32,000 nucleotides of DNA from positions 90,001 through 122,000 of the forward strand of contig NZ_AP018162.1 in assembly GCF_004296475.1 (NCBI RefSeq). Reading direction: 5' to 3'. This DNA is from Candidatus Saccharimonadota bacterium (lineage in GTDB: Bacteria; Pseudomonadota; Gammaproteobacteria; Enterobacterales; Enterobacteriaceae). Shown here piece after piece: positions 22,093 to 31,380 of this stretch (position 1 is the first letter of the stretch; each line of letters opens with the position of its first letter). Made by a program: the position numbers and the translations under genes. A model generated the notes under the pieces. It made no database searches. It saw nothing but the letters and a program-made list of their open reading frames with translations, and had not been told where the DNA came from.

Positions 22093-22785
22093 TTAATATA
22101 TTTTAGTAAATTCATTAGGAATTTCAATTCCAATACCCATTGTTGAACTTATTACAATTTTTTTAAAATAATTACTTTTTGTTTTTTTTAATTTAATATT
22201 TTTTATATCTTTTAATAGTTTTATCAAATTTTCTTTTATCATATTTGAACTAAAATTTAATTTACCAATTGATGTATTTATAATTCCATTTTTATCAATT
22301 TTATAAAAAATAGTATTATACTTTATATTTTTTATTGATTCAGATATACTATTATTTGTTATTGTTTCAAGTTTATAATTAGGTACTAATTTTTTTTTAT
22401 TTAATAAATTTATCTTTTCATTTAAAATTTTAAATGAATCTGAAGTATATAAAAATACATCTAATTTAATTTTTTTATTAAGAAAATTATCTATTAAATC
22501 ATCCATTCCTATATAATCTGCATTATTAATTATATATTTATTATCTTTTTCTAATGCAAGTATCCCAACTTTAATTTCTTTTCCAGTACCATTTGGTAGT
22601 ACAGTTTTATTTAAAATATTTTGTTTAATATTTAAATCTATATTGAGAATAATAGATAAATCAATACTTTCTATGAAATTTTTAGAAGAATATTTTTTTA
22701 TATTTTCAATTATAAAATCTATATTATCTAAATTTTCTTTATATATTTTTTCTTTTATATATAAAATTCTTTTACTAGTTTTCAT
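22093..22785 (-). CDS. rplA: 50S ribosomal protein L1
   Basis: FIESIDLSIILNIDLNIKQNILNKTVLPNGTGKEIKVGILA parallels E. coli [41 protein letters not shown]. Length is 230 aa. Confidence 0.93.
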   Translation of the reverse strand: MKTSKRILYIKEKIYKENLDNIDFIIENIKKYSSKNFIESIDLSIILNIDLNIKQNILNKTVLPNGTGKEIKVGILALEKDNKYIINNADYIGMDDLIDNFLNKKIKLDVFLYTSDSFKILNEKINLLNKKKLVPNYKLETITNNSISESIKNIKYNTIFYKIDKNGIINTSIGKLNFSSNMIKENLIKLLKDIKNIKLKKTKSNYFKKIVISSTMGIGIEIPNEFTKIY

Positions 22786-22786
22786 T

Positions 22787-23212
22787 CTAATCTTCTATTT
22801 TTATTCCCATAGATTTTATTGTTCCAGTGATAGAGTTTATAACTGATTCGATTTTTAAAGAATTACTATCATTAAGTTTTAATAATGATATATTATATAT
22901 TTGTTTTTTGTTTATAGTACTTACAAAAAGTTTTCCTGGAGTTTTTGATCCAGAACTTATATTAAGAATTTTTTTTATTAATATAGATGTTGGAGAATTT
23001 TTTATTATAAAGTTAAATGTTTTATCTGAAAATACATTTATTAATACAGAAACTATTAATCCTTTTTCTATATTAATGGATTTATTATTAAATTCATTAC
23101 AAAATTTTAATATATTTATACCTTTTTGTCCTAATATAGGACCTATTGGTGGACCGGGATTAGCTTCTTGAGAAGGTATTTGTAATTTTATATTACATTC
23201 TATTTTTTTCAT
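22787..23212 (-). CDS. rplK: 50S ribosomal protein L11
   Basis: IKLQIPSQEANPGPPIGPILGQKGINILKFCNEFN is the L11 N-terminal domain signature. Length is 141 aa. The stop codon is TAG. Confidence 0.96.
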   Translation of the reverse strand: MKKIECNIKLQIPSQEANPGPPIGPILGQKGINILKFCNEFNNKSINIEKGLIVSVLINVFSDKTFNFIIKNSPTSILIKKILNISSGSKTPGKLFVSTINKKQIYNISLLKLNDSNSLKIESVINSITGTIKSMGIKIED

Positions 23213-23218
23213 AATATA

Positions 23219-23755
23219 TTAATATTTTTCTACTTTACTAAAATTTAATTGTACAGGAGTATTTCTTCCAAAAATTGATATTAATACAATTAATGTGTTT
23301 TTTGTATAATCTATACTTTCTATTATTCCTATAAAGTCTGAGAAAGGTCCATCATTTACTCTTATTTTTTCTCCTATATCAAATGTAATTTTAGGTATAA
23401 ATTTTCCTTTATTATTATTTATTTTATTTATAAGACTTAAAATTTCAGATGAATTTAATGGTATAGGACAATTATATTTATTTTTACCCATAAATCCTAT
23501 TACATTAGGTATTTTTTTTATCAAATTTAAACTAATTTCATTAACATTCATTTCTATAAATATATATCCTGGAAAAAATTTTCTTTCACTTTTTTTTTTA
23601 TTACCATCTATAAATTCTATTACTTCTTCTTTTGGTATTAATGTTTTTCCAAATAAATACTCCATATTTTCTAATTTAATTTTTTCCTTTATATTATTTA
23701 CTATATTTAATTCAAATCCAGAAAATACTTGAATTATATACCATTTTTTTTCCAT
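23219..23755 (-). CDS. nusG: Transcription termination/antitermination factor NusG
   Basis: KKWYIIQVFSGFE...NMEYLFGKTLIPKEEVIEF...KKSERKFFPGYIFIEM aligns with E. coli NusG. A C-terminal KOW segment GEKIRVNDGPFSDFIGII is present. Confidence 0.94.
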   Translation of the reverse strand: MEKKWYIIQVFSGFELNIVNNIKEKIKLENMEYLFGKTLIPKEEVIEFIDGNKKKSERKFFPGYIFIEMNVNEISLNLIKKIPNVIGFMGKNKYNCPIPLNSSEILSLINKINNNKGKFIPKITFDIGEKIRVNDGPFSDFIGIIESIDYTKNTLIVLISIFGRNTPVQLNFSKVEKY

Positions 23756-23757
23756 TT

Positions 23758-23961
23758 TTATAATTTTTTTTCATTATAAATTATTAAATAAATTATAAAT
23801 ATTAATATACTATCAATCATCCAAATAAATAAAGACATAAATAAAATAATAAAGAGTAATAATATTGATACATATATAATATATGAAAAACTAGGATATG
23901 ATATATCTTTAATTTCATATATTATATTACTAATAAATAAAATAATTTTATTAATAATCAT
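23758..23961 (-). CDS. secE: Preprotein translocase subunit SecE (minimal single-TM form)
   Basis: 67 aa, between tuf and nusG. YEIKDISYPSFSYIIYVSILLLFIILFMSLFIWMIDSIL parallels the conserved third-TM region of E. coli SecE ([39 protein letters not shown]). Confidence 0.82.
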   Translation of the reverse strand: MIINKIILFISNIIYEIKDISYPSFSYIIYVSILLLFIILFMSLFIWMIDSILIFIIYLIIYNEKKL

Positions 23962-23982
23962 AAAACATTTAAATTTTTAATA

Positions 23983-25167
23983 TTAATCTAATATTTTTGT
24001 TACTATTCCAGCTCCAACTGTTTTTCCTCCTTCTCTTATAGCAAAATGTAATCCTTCATTCATTGCAATACAAGACATAAGATTTATTTTTACTTTTATA
24101 TTATCTCCAGGCATAACCATTTCTATATCATCTGGTAGTTCTATAGTACCGGTAACATCTGTAGTTCTAAAATAAAATTGAGGTCTATATCCATTAAAAA
24201 ATGGTGTATGACGTCCTCCTTCATCTTTATTTAATACATAAACTTCAGATTCAAATTTAGTATGAGGTTTTATACTTCCTGGTTTAGATAACACCTGTCC
24301 TCTTTCTACATCTTCTCTTTTTATTCCTCTTAAAAGTAAACCTACATTTTCTCCAGCTCTCCCTTCATCTAATAATTTTTTAAACATTTCTATACCAGTA
24401 CAAATAGTTTTTATAGTATTTTTTATACCTACTATTTCTATTTCATCGCCAACTTTTACAATACCTTTTTCTATTCTTCCAGTAACAACAGTTCCTCTTC
24501 CTGAAATAGAAAATACATCTTCTATTGGTAATAAAAATGAATGATCAATATCTCTCTTAGGTTCTGGAATATATTCATCTAAATATTCTGATAAATCTAT
24601 TATTTTATTTTCCCAATTATTATCACCTTCAAGTGCTTTTAAGGCAGAACCTCTTATAACTGGTAAATCTTTATCTTTAAATCCATATTTTGATAATAAT
24701 TCTCTAACTTCCATTTCTACTAAATCTAATATTTCTTCGTCATCTACCATATCGCATTTATTTATAAATACAATTATATGTGGAACACCAACCTGTCTTG
24801 CTAACAATATATGTTCTCTAGTTTGAGGCATAGGACCGTCTATAGCAGAAACTACTAATATAGCTCCATCCATTTGCGCTGCACCTGTTATCATATTTTT
24901 TATATAATCAGCATGTCCAGGACAATCTACATGTGCATAATGTCTATTATTCGTATCATATTCAACATGAGATGTATTTATAGTTATTCCTCTTTCTTTT
25001 TCTTCTGGAGCATTATCTATTTGTTCAAATTTATATACACTACCACCATATTTCTTAGAAAGAATAGTAGTTATTGCTGATGTTAAAGTAGTTTTACCAT
25101 GATCAACATGACCTATAGTTCCTACATTTATATGAGGTTTTGTTCTTTTAAACTTTTCTTTAGACAT
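23983..25167 (-). CDS. tuf: Translation elongation factor Tu (only tuf copy in this window, at the tufB-type position)
   Basis: 394 aa, very close to E. coli EF-Tu across its length: [55 protein letters not shown] and NKCDMVDD. It is preceded by the Thr-Tyr-Gly-Thr tRNA set. Confidence 0.99.
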   Translation of the reverse strand: MSKEKFKRTKPHINVGTIGHVDHGKTTLTSAITTILSKKYGGSVYKFEQIDNAPEEKERGITINTSHVEYDTNNRHYAHVDCPGHADYIKNMITGAAQMDGAILVVSAIDGPMPQTREHILLARQVGVPHIIVFINKCDMVDDEEILDLVEMEVRELLSKYGFKDKDLPVIRGSALKALEGDNNWENKIIDLSEYLDEYIPEPKRDIDHSFLLPIEDVFSISGRGTVVTGRIEKGIVKVGDEIEIVGIKNTIKTICTGIEMFKKLLDEGRAGENVGLLLRGIKREDVERGQVLSKPGSIKPHTKFESEVYVLNKDEGGRHTPFFNGYRPQFYFRTTDVTGTIELPDDIEMVMPGDNIKVKINLMSCIAMNEGLHFAIREGGKTVGAGIVTKILD

Positions 25168-25198
25168 AATTTTTTTATATGTTATAGATTAATAATTT

Positions 25199-25271
25199 TG
25201 CTGATAGGCAGATTTGAACTGCCGACCACATTCTTACCAAGAATGTGCTCTACCAACTGAGCTATATCAAC
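25199..25271 (-). tRNA. tRNA-Thr (anticodon GGU)
   Basis: Hand-folded cloverleaf on the minus strand: GTTGATA TA GCTC AGTTGGTA GAGC A CATTC TTGGTAA GAATG TGGTC GGCAG TTCAAAT CTGCC TATCAGC A. Length is 73 nt. No 3' CCA is encoded. It is a GC-rich island in AT-rich DNA. Confidence 0.92.
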
Positions 25272-25277
25272 AAAATT

Positions 25278-25348
25278 AGCGAATAATGGGAATCGAACCC
25301 ATATCTTTAACTTGGAAGGATAACATAATACCATTATACTATATTCGC
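25278..25348 (-). tRNA. tRNA-Gly (anticodon UCC)
   Basis: The minus strand reads GCGAATA TA GTATAATGGTATTAT G TTATC CTTCCAA GTTAA AGAT ATGGG TTCGATT CCCAT TATTCGC T. It is collinear with E. coli glyT-type tRNA-Gly(UCC). There is one T.T mismatch in the anticodon stem. No CCA is encoded. Confidence 0.88.
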
Positions 25349-25360
25349 AAAATAAAATAT

Positions 25361-25445
25361 TGATGGGGGAAGGATTCGAACCTTCGAAGTCACAGTTGAC
25401 AGCAGATTTACAGTCTGATCCCTTTAGCCACTCGGGAACCCCACC
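25361..25445 (-). tRNA. tRNA-Tyr (anticodon GUA), class II with long variable arm
   Basis: The minus strand reads GGTGGGGTTCCCGAGTGGCTAAAGGGATCAGACTGTAAATCTGCTGTCAACTGTGACTTCGAAGGTTCGAATCCTTCCCCCATCA. It is near-identical in layout to E. coli tRNA-Tyr. Length is 85 nt. No CCA is encoded. Confidence 0.93.
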
Positions 25446-25448
25446 ATA

Positions 25449-25521
25449 AGCCGATAAAAGGATTTGAACCTTTGACCTACTAATTACAAGTTAGTTGCTC
25501 TACCAACTGAGCTATATCGAC
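25449..25521 (-). tRNA. tRNA-Thr (anticodon UGU)
   Basis: The minus strand reads GTCGATA TA GCTC AGTTGGTA GAGC A ACTAA CTTGTAA TTAGT AGGTC AAAGG TTCAAAT CCTTT TATCGGC T. Length is 73 nt and all stems pair. Confidence 0.92.
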
Positions 25522-25542
25522 ATACAAATAATATAAAATTTA

Positions 25543-25618
25543 TGCATTTGGAAGGACTCGAACCTTCAACCTTTCAGTCCGTAGCTGAATGCTCTTATCC
25601 ATATTAAGCTACAAATGC
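25543..25618 (-). tRNA. tRNA-Arg (anticodon ACG)
   Basis: The minus strand reads GCATTTG TA GCTT AATATGGATAA GAGC A TTCAG CTACGGA CTGAA AGGTT GAAGG TTCGAGT CCTTC CAAATGC A. Length is 76 nt. The A34 anticodon implies inosine modification by TadA, as in other bacteria. Confidence 0.9.
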
Positions 25619-25633
25619 TAATAAAATATATAT

Positions 25634-25717
25634 AGATGAGAGAGGGATTCGAACCCTCGATATAATAAATATACTCCATTAGCAAAGGAGCGCCTTAAAC
25701 CGCTCGGCCATCTCATC
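25634..25717 (-). tRNA. tRNA-Ser (anticodon GCU), class II with long variable arm
   Basis: The minus strand reads GATGAGA TG GCC GAGCGGTTTAA GGC G CTCCT TTGCTAA TGGAG TATATTTATTATATC GAGGG TTCGAAT CCCTC TCTCATC. It has the 3-bp D stem typical of tRNA-Ser. There is one T.T mismatch at the base of the anticodon loop. It lies directly downstream of csrA, like E. coli serV. Confidence 0.87.
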
Positions 25718-25725
25718 ATAAAATA

Positions 25726-25896
25726 TTATTTCTCTTCACTTTTTATTTTTTTATATATTTCTTCTCTATGTATTAATACAGATTTAGGTGCGCTAATACC
25801 TACTCTAGTTTGATTACCTCTTATACCTAATATTGTAACTAATATATCATCGCCTATAAAGAAAGTTTCTCCAATTTTTCTAGTAAGAATAAGCAT
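25726..25896 (-). CDS. csrA: Carbon storage regulator CsrA (RNA-binding translational regulator)
   Basis: Not in the ORF track (56 aa). Hand translation gives [56 protein letters not shown] with a TAA stop at 25726..25728. It is collinear with E. coli CsrA ([48 protein letters not shown]). The synteny alaS-csrA-tRNA-Ser-tRNA-Arg is conserved. An SD-like AAGGA lies at 25902..25906, 5 nt upstream of the ATG. Confidence 0.93.
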   Translation of the reverse strand: MLILTRKIGETFFIGDDILVTILGIRGNQTRVGISAPKSVLIHREEIYKKIKSEEK

Positions 25897-25925
25897 AAAA
25901 TTCCTTATTTTAAAATTATTTTTGT

Positions 25926-27266
25926 TTAAAAATTATTTATTTTTTGTATACTCATTAATTCATTAAAAATTAATTTATCTATATTAATATTATATTTTTT
26001 ACAAAAATTAATAATAATATCTATAGGTAATCCATATGTATCATATAATTTAAATACAAAATTACCATCTAAAAGTTTTTTATTATTTTTTATTATTATA
26101 TTATTGTCTATATTTTTTTTTAATATTAATAATCCATAATTTATTAAATTTATAAACTTTTCTTCTTCATTTAAAATAATTTTTTCTATATTTCCAATTT
26201 CATAATTGGATAAAAAAAAATCATAATAAAATAATTTCATATATTCTATAAAATTATTTATTATAGTATACAATATTGGATAATTTATTCCTAACATATT
26301 TATACAACAACATGCTCTTCTTATTATTTTTCTTAATACATATCCATGTTTTTCATTTGAAGGTATAATTTTATTATATAAAATAAATATAGAAGTTCTT
26401 ACATGATCAGCTATAATTTTTATATATTTAATATTTTTTTTATTATATAATAAATTTAATTTATTTTTAACTATTTCTACTAAATTTATAAATATATCAA
26501 TTTTATAATTAGAATTTACATTTTGTATAATAGATGATACCCTTTCTAATCCCATTCCGGTATCTACAGAATTCATATTTAATTTAATTAAATTCCCATT
26601 TATGTCTTTATTAAACTGAATAAAAACTAAATTCCATATTTCTATATATCTATCTCCTATATTACTTTTGTTAGTAAATTTTCCTTTAAAATTATCACCT
26701 AAATCATAAAATATTTCAGTACATGGGCCACAAGGCCCAATATTTGACATTTGCCAAAAATTATTTGATATATATTTATTATTTTTGTTTATATCTTTTA
26801 TTTTTATTATTTTATTTTTAGATATACCTATTTTTTTCCATATATTTTCTGATTCTTCATCAGAATAATATACAGTAATAAATATTTTATTTTTATCTAA
26901 ATTAAACCAATTTTTATTTGTTAACAATTCCCAAGAAAAATTTATACTTTCTTCTTTAAAATAATCCCCAAAACTAAAGTTACCTAACATTTCAAATAAA
27001 GTATTATGTCTAAGAGTATAACCTATATTATTTAAATCATCATGTTTTCCTCCTACTCTAATACATTTTTGACTATTTACTACTCTAGTGAAATTTAATT
27101 TATTATTTTCTAGTAAAAAAAGATCCTTGAATTGATTCATACCAGAATTAGTAAATAATAAATCACTACTTTTTGATATTAAAGAACTTTCCTTAATAAA
27201 TACATGATTTTTTCTTTTAAAAAATGATAAAAACATATTACGTATTTCATTTGAATTCATAACCAT
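25926..27266 (-). CDS. alaS: Alanyl-tRNA synthetase, catalytic/tRNA-recognition N-terminal half only (446 aa; no editing or C-Ala domain)
   Basis: It aligns from residue 1 with bacterial AlaRS: [121 protein letters not shown] and [12 protein letters not shown]. It ends with TAA at 25926..25928, 29 nt before csrA. The ATG shares one base with the recA TAA (TAATG). Confidence 0.9.
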   Translation of the reverse strand: MVMNSNEIRNMFLSFFKRKNHVFIKESSLISKSSDLLFTNSGMNQFKDLFLLENNKLNFTRVVNSQKCIRVGGKHDDLNNIGYTLRHNTLFEMLGNFSFGDYFKEESINFSWELLTNKNWFNLDKNKIFITVYYSDEESENIWKKIGISKNKIIKIKDINKNNKYISNNFWQMSNIGPCGPCTEIFYDLGDNFKGKFTNKSNIGDRYIEIWNLVFIQFNKDINGNLIKLNMNSVDTGMGLERVSSIIQNVNSNYKIDIFINLVEIVKNKLNLLYNKKNIKYIKIIADHVRTSIFILYNKIIPSNEKHGYVLRKIIRRACCCINMLGINYPILYTIINNFIEYMKLFYYDFFLSNYEIGNIEKIILNEEEKFINLINYGLLILKKNIDNNIIIKNNKKLLDGNFVFKLYDTYGLPIDIIINFCKKYNINIDKLIFNELMSIQKINNF

Positions 27267-28264
27267 TAATTTACATTATTAAAAATAATACTTCTTAATT
27301 TTTTATCTAATACTTCAAAAGCATTAGGATTTTTCTTTAAAAATTCACAAGCATTTATTTTTCCTTGTCCTATACTTTCTCCATTATAACTATACCATGA
27401 TCCAGATTTATCTATTAATTTATATTTAATTCCTAGATCTATAATCTCGCCATATATATTTATACCATCTCCATACATTATTTCAAATTCAGCTTGTTTA
27501 AAAGGTACGGATATTTTATTTTTTACTACTTTAACTCTTATTTCATTTCCTATAATTACATCTCCATTTTTTACAGAACCTATTTTTCTTATATCCAATC
27601 TTATAGAAGAATAAAATTTTAAAGCATTTCCTCCAGTTGTGGTTTCTGAATTACCAAATACAACACCTATTTTCATTCTTATCTGATTTACAAATATTAA
27701 TAATGTATTTGAATTTTTTAAATTACCAGTTAACTTTCTCATAGCTTGACTCATCATTCTAGCAGCTAATCCTATATGCGAATCTCCTATTTCTCCTTCT
27801 ATTTCCGCTTTAGGAACTAAAGCGGCAACTGAATCTACAACAATAACATCAACAGCTTTTAATTTAGTTAATATATCACATATTTCTAAAGCTTGTTCTC
27901 CAGTATCTGGTTGTGAACATAATAAATTATCTATATCAACTCCAATTTTTTTTGCATACAAAGGATCTAATGCATGTTCTGCATCTATAAAAGCACATAT
28001 TTTATTATCTTTTTGTGCTTTTGCTATAACTTGTAAAGTTAAAGTTGTTTTACCAGATGATTCTGGTCCATATATTTCTACTATCCTTCCCATAGGCAAT
28101 CCACCAGCACCTAAAGCTATATCTAAAGATAGTGAACCCGTAGAAATAGTTTCTATATCCATAGATCTATTCTCACCTAATCTCATAATTGATCCTTTAC
28201 CGAATAATTTTTCAATATGATCTAAAGCTATAGAAAGATATTTTTTTTTATCATTTTCTAACAT
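27266..28264 (-). CDS. recA: Recombinase RecA
   Basis: 332 aa. [11 protein letters not shown], Walker [48 protein letters not shown] and [36 protein letters not shown] are present. It is a full-length RecA core. Confidence 0.97.
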   Translation of the reverse strand: MLENDKKKYLSIALDHIEKLFGKGSIMRLGENRSMDIETISTGSLSLDIALGAGGLPMGRIVEIYGPESSGKTTLTLQVIAKAQKDNKICAFIDAEHALDPLYAKKIGVDIDNLLCSQPDTGEQALEICDILTKLKAVDVIVVDSVAALVPKAEIEGEIGDSHIGLAARMMSQAMRKLTGNLKNSNTLLIFVNQIRMKIGVVFGNSETTTGGNALKFYSSIRLDIRKIGSVKNGDVIIGNEIRVKVVKNKISVPFKQAEFEIMYGDGINIYGEIIDLGIKYKLIDKSGSWYSYNGESIGQGKINACEFLKKNPNAFEVLDKKLRSIIFNNVN

Positions 28265-28308
28265 TATTACTTTTAATTTAAATTTAAAAATAAATAAAAT
28301 AACTAAAT

Positions 28309-29448
28309 TTAAGTTAAATTATTAAAAAATTTTTTAACATTATCAAAAAATGTTTTACATTTTGGAGTATTTTTATCACCATTAGGGCCTATAAATGTAT
28401 TTCCCAATTCTTTTAAAAGAAATTTTTGTTTATCATTTAATTTTACTGGAGTTTCTACTATTACTTTACATAATAAATCACCAATATTATTATTTTTATA
28501 ATTTTTTATACCTTTGTTTTTAATTCTAAATGTTTTTCCTGTTTGAGTTTCTGATGGGATTTTTAATTTTATTTTTCCATTTAATGTAGGAACCTCAACT
28601 TCTCCTCCTAAAGCAGAAATAGAAAAGTTTATTGGAATTTCACAATGTAAATTATCATCATTCCTATTAAATATAGAATGAGATTTTATTTTTACATTGA
28701 TATAAATATCTCCTTTATTTAAATTTTTACCTATATTACCTTCATTACATATTTTTATATATTCTCCAGTATTTATACCTAATGGGATATTTATAGAGAA
28801 TAATTTATTCTTTTTTACTCTACCCTCACCAAAACATCTATTACAAGGATCTTTTATTATTTTACCTTCTCCTTTACATCTATTACAAGTTTGTTGAATT
28901 ATAAAAAATCCTTGTTTTATTTGTATTTTTCCTTTACCTTCACAACTTGAACAAATACTATTTTTTCCATATTTAGAGCCACTTCCATTACATAAATCAC
29001 ATTTATCTAATATATTTATTTTTATATCTTTAGAAGAACCAAAAAATGAATCTTCTAAATCTATGTCTAAATTTATATTTATATCTGATCCTTTATATGT
29101 AGAATTTTTTCTATTATCATTAAAAATATCACTGAAAATATCACTAAAAATATCATTAAATGATGATTCACTTTTGGAATAAAAATTATTATTATATCTA
29201 TCTTTAGAATATCCGCTTGATGTATCTGATTCATAGTATCCATACTTATCATATATAGATCTTTTTTTTGGATCAATTAATATTTCATAAGCTTCTTTTA
29301 CTTCTTTAAATTTTTCTTCTGATTTTATATCTCCTTGATTATGATCAGGATGAAATTTTATAGCTAAACGTTTATAAGCCTTTTTAATTTCTTGATCACT
29401 AGAATCTTTAGAAATTCCTAAAACTTGATAATAATCTAATTTTGACAT
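28309..29448 (-). CDS. dnaJ: Co-chaperone DnaJ (Hsp40)
   Basis: It has the J domain [33 protein letters not shown] with HPD. It has the DIF-repeat linker [15 protein letters not shown]. It has four CxxCxGxG zinc-finger repeats ([32 protein letters not shown]). The C-terminus is collinear with E. coli DnaJ ([14 protein letters not shown]). Confidence 0.97.
   Translation of the reverse strand: MSKLDYYQVLGISKDSSDQEIKKAYKRLAIKFHPDHNQGDIKSEEKFKEVKEAYEILIDPKKRSIYDKYGYYESDTSSGYSKDRYNNNFYSKSESSFNDIFSDIFSDIFNDNRKNSTYKGSDININLDIDLEDSFFGSSKDIKINILDKCDLCNGSGSKYGKNSICSSCEGKGKIQIKQGFFIIQQTCNRCKGEGKIIKDPCNRCFGEGRVKKNKLFSINIPLGINTGEYIKICNEGNIGKNLNKGDIYINVKIKSHSIFNRNDDNLHCEIPINFSISALGGEVEVPTLNGKIKLKIPSETQTGKTFRIKNKGIKNYKNNNIGDLLCKVIVETPVKLNDKQKFLLKELGNTFIGPNGDKNTPKCKTFFDNVKKFFNNLT
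29123..29158 (-). repeat. In-frame 3 x 12-nt tandem repeat inside dnaJ encoding the (S/N)DIF repeats
   Basis: The plus strand reads aaaatatcactg / aaaatatcacta / aaaatatcatta. On the coding strand this gives ...[12 protein letters not shown].... It corresponds to the E. coli DnaJ segment FSDIFGDVFGDIFGG. Confidence 0.85.
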
Positions 29449-29452
29449 TTTA

Positions 29453-31366
29453 TTATATATTATTTTTATCTTTTATTTCTTCAAATTCAGCATCTGTAGT
29501 ATTTTGATTTTTATCTTTATTAAGATCATCATTAGAATTATCTTTATTATTTTTACTTTGTGATAATTCAAATAATTTATTAGAATTTTGAACTAATTCT
29601 TTTATTGAAAGTTCAATTTCTTCTTTATTATCTTTTTTTAAAGAATCTTCTAATTTATTAATATAACTTAATATTAATGATTTATCTTCTGTATTAATTA
29701 TATCTTTAACTTCATCTAATTGTTTTTTAGTACTATGTAAAATATTATCTCCTTGATTTTTTATCTTTATTAATTCTTCAAATTTACGATCAGATTCTAA
29801 ATTCATTTCAGCATCACGAATCATTTTTTTTATTTCATCTTCATTTAATCCAGATGAAGATTTTATAATTATACTTTGTTCTTTTCCACTATTTTTATCT
29901 TTTGCAGATACATGTAATATCCCATCTGCATCAATATTAAATGTAACTTCTATTTGAGGAATGCCTCTTGCAGCAGGTCTGATTCCATCTAAATTAAATT
30001 GCCCTAATGATTTATTATCAAAAGATTTTTTTCTTTCTCCTTGTAGTATATGTATAGTAACAGCTGATTGATTATCTTCGGCAGTTGAAAAAACCTGACT
30101 ATGTTTTGTAGGTATTGTAGTATTTTTAGGAATTAAAGTAGTCATTATATTTCCCATAGTTTCTATACCTAATGATAATGGAGTAACATCTAATAATAAC
30201 AAGTCTTTAACTTCTCCTGCTAAAACTCCACCTTGTACTGCAGCTCCTATAGCAACCGCTTCATCAGGATTTATATCTTTTTTAGCTTCTTTTTTAAAAA
30301 AATCAAAAACTTTTTTTTGTACTAAAGGCATTCTTGTTTGACCGCCTACAAGTATAACATCATTTATTTTAGATATATCTAATTTAGCATCTTTTAAAGC
30401 TATTTTTACAGGATCCATTGTCTTATCTATTAAATCTTCAACTAATGATTCAAGTTTAGCTTTAGTTATTTTTATATTAAAATGTTTAGGACCATATGAA
30501 TCTGCAGTTATATATGGTAAATTAATTTCAGTTTGTTGAGATGAAGATAATTCTATTTTTGCCTTTTCTGATGATTCTTTTAATCTTTGCATAGCTAATG
30601 AATCATGTTTTAAATTAATATTATTAATTTTTTTAAATTCATCTATTAAATAATTTATTAATTTATTATCAAAATCCTCTCCGCCTAAATGTGTATCACC
30701 ATTAGTTGATAAAACTTCAAATGTCTTTTCTCCATCAACTTCATCTATTTCTATTATAGAAATATCAAATGTACCTCCTCCTAAATCATATACAGCTATT
30801 ATTTTATTACCTGTATCTTTATCTAAACCATATGCCAATGCGGCTGCAGTAGGTTCGTTTATTATTCTTTTAACATCTAATCCTGCTATTTTTCCAGCAT
30901 CTTTTGTGGCTTGACGTTGAGTATCATTAAAATATGCAGGAACTGTTATTACAGCTTCTGTAACTTGTTTTCCTAAATAATCTTCAGCAGTTTTTTTCAT
31001 TTTTTTTAAAATTTCTGCTGATATTTGTGGAGGAGCTATTTTTTTATCATTAACTTCTATCCATGCATCTCCATTTTCTGAACTTACTATATTATATGGC
31101 ATCATACTTATATCACGTTGAACTTCAACATCATTAAATTTTCTACCAATTAATCTTTTTATAGCAAATAAAGTATTTTTAGGATTAGTAATAGCTTGTC
31201 TTTTTGCAGGCTGTCCTACTAACACTTCTCCATCTTTAGTATATGCAACTATTGAAGGAGTAGTTCTATCTCCTTCATTATTTTCTAAAACTTTAGGTTT
31301 ATTATTTTCAATAATAGATACACAAGAATTAGTTGTCCCTAAATCTATTCCAATAATTTTTCCCAT
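29453..31366 (-). CDS. dnaK: Chaperone DnaK (Hsp70)
   Basis: 637 aa. [62 protein letters not shown], and [14 protein letters not shown] are present, and the substrate-binding domain is collinear with E. coli DnaK. Confidence 0.99.
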   Translation of the reverse strand: MGKIIGIDLGTTNSCVSIIENNKPKVLENNEGDRTTPSIVAYTKDGEVLVGQPAKRQAITNPKNTLFAIKRLIGRKFNDVEVQRDISMMPYNIVSSENGDAWIEVNDKKIAPPQISAEILKKMKKTAEDYLGKQVTEAVITVPAYFNDTQRQATKDAGKIAGLDVKRIINEPTAAALAYGLDKDTGNKIIAVYDLGGGTFDISIIEIDEVDGEKTFEVLSTNGDTHLGGEDFDNKLINYLIDEFKKINNINLKHDSLAMQRLKESSEKAKIELSSSQQTEINLPYITADSYGPKHFNIKITKAKLESLVEDLIDKTMDPVKIALKDAKLDISKINDVILVGGQTRMPLVQKKVFDFFKKEAKKDINPDEAVAIGAAVQGGVLAGEVKDLLLLDVTPLSLGIETMGNIMTTLIPKNTTIPTKHSQVFSTAEDNQSAVTIHILQGERKKSFDNKSLGQFNLDGIRPAARGIPQIEVTFNIDADGILHVSAKDKNSGKEQSIIIKSSSGLNEDEIKKMIRDAEMNLESDRKFEELIKIKNQGDNILHSTKKQLDEVKDIINTEDKSLILSYINKLEDSLKKDNKEEIELSIKELVQNSNKLFELSQSKNNKDNSNDDLNKDKNQNTTDAEFEEIKDKNNI

Positions 31367-31375
31367 TTTATTTAT

Positions 31376-31380
31376 TCTCC
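31376..31380 (-). promoter_or_regulatory. Shine-Dalgarno GGAGA for dnaK
   Basis: The minus strand reads TTGGAGA ATAAATAAA ATG, giving a 9-nt spacer. Confidence 0.7.

Noticed and set aside
22643-22846. 67-aa plus-strand ORF
   Set aside because: It is antisense to the rplA/rplK junction. It is a shadow ORF.
22827-23171. 114-aa plus-strand ORF, the longest antisense ORF
   Set aside because: It almost exactly mirrors rplK on the opposite strand. L11 motifs on the minus strand are unmistakable, while the plus-strand product has no recognisable features. The mirror ORF is explained by codon bias.
24874-25080. 68-aa plus-strand ORF
   Set aside because: It is antisense to the G-domain of tuf, the most conserved gene in the window. 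It is a shadow ORF.
25926-27266. The possibility that the short alaS is simply a pseudogene
   Set aside because: The reading frame is intact for 446 codons and all catalytic motifs are recognisable. It ends at a natural domain boundary. No degraded remnant of the C-terminal half follows, because csrA starts 29 nt later. A recent inactivating mutation would leave downstream homologous debris.
29123-29158. 3 x 12-nt tandem repeat, considered as a possible novel repeat element or contingency locus
   Set aside because: It is in frame and encodes [12 protein letters not shown], the counterpart of the conserved DIF-motif segment of the DnaJ G/F region (E. coli FSDIFGDVFGDIF). The notable aspect is only that the surrounding glycines have been replaced under AT pressure. 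It is not a new element.
29079-29276. 65-aa minus-strand ORF in an alternative frame inside dnaJ
   Set aside because: It is fully nested in the dnaJ linker region in a different frame. The dnaJ frame is continuous and conserved across this stretch. There is no evidence for an overlapping gene.
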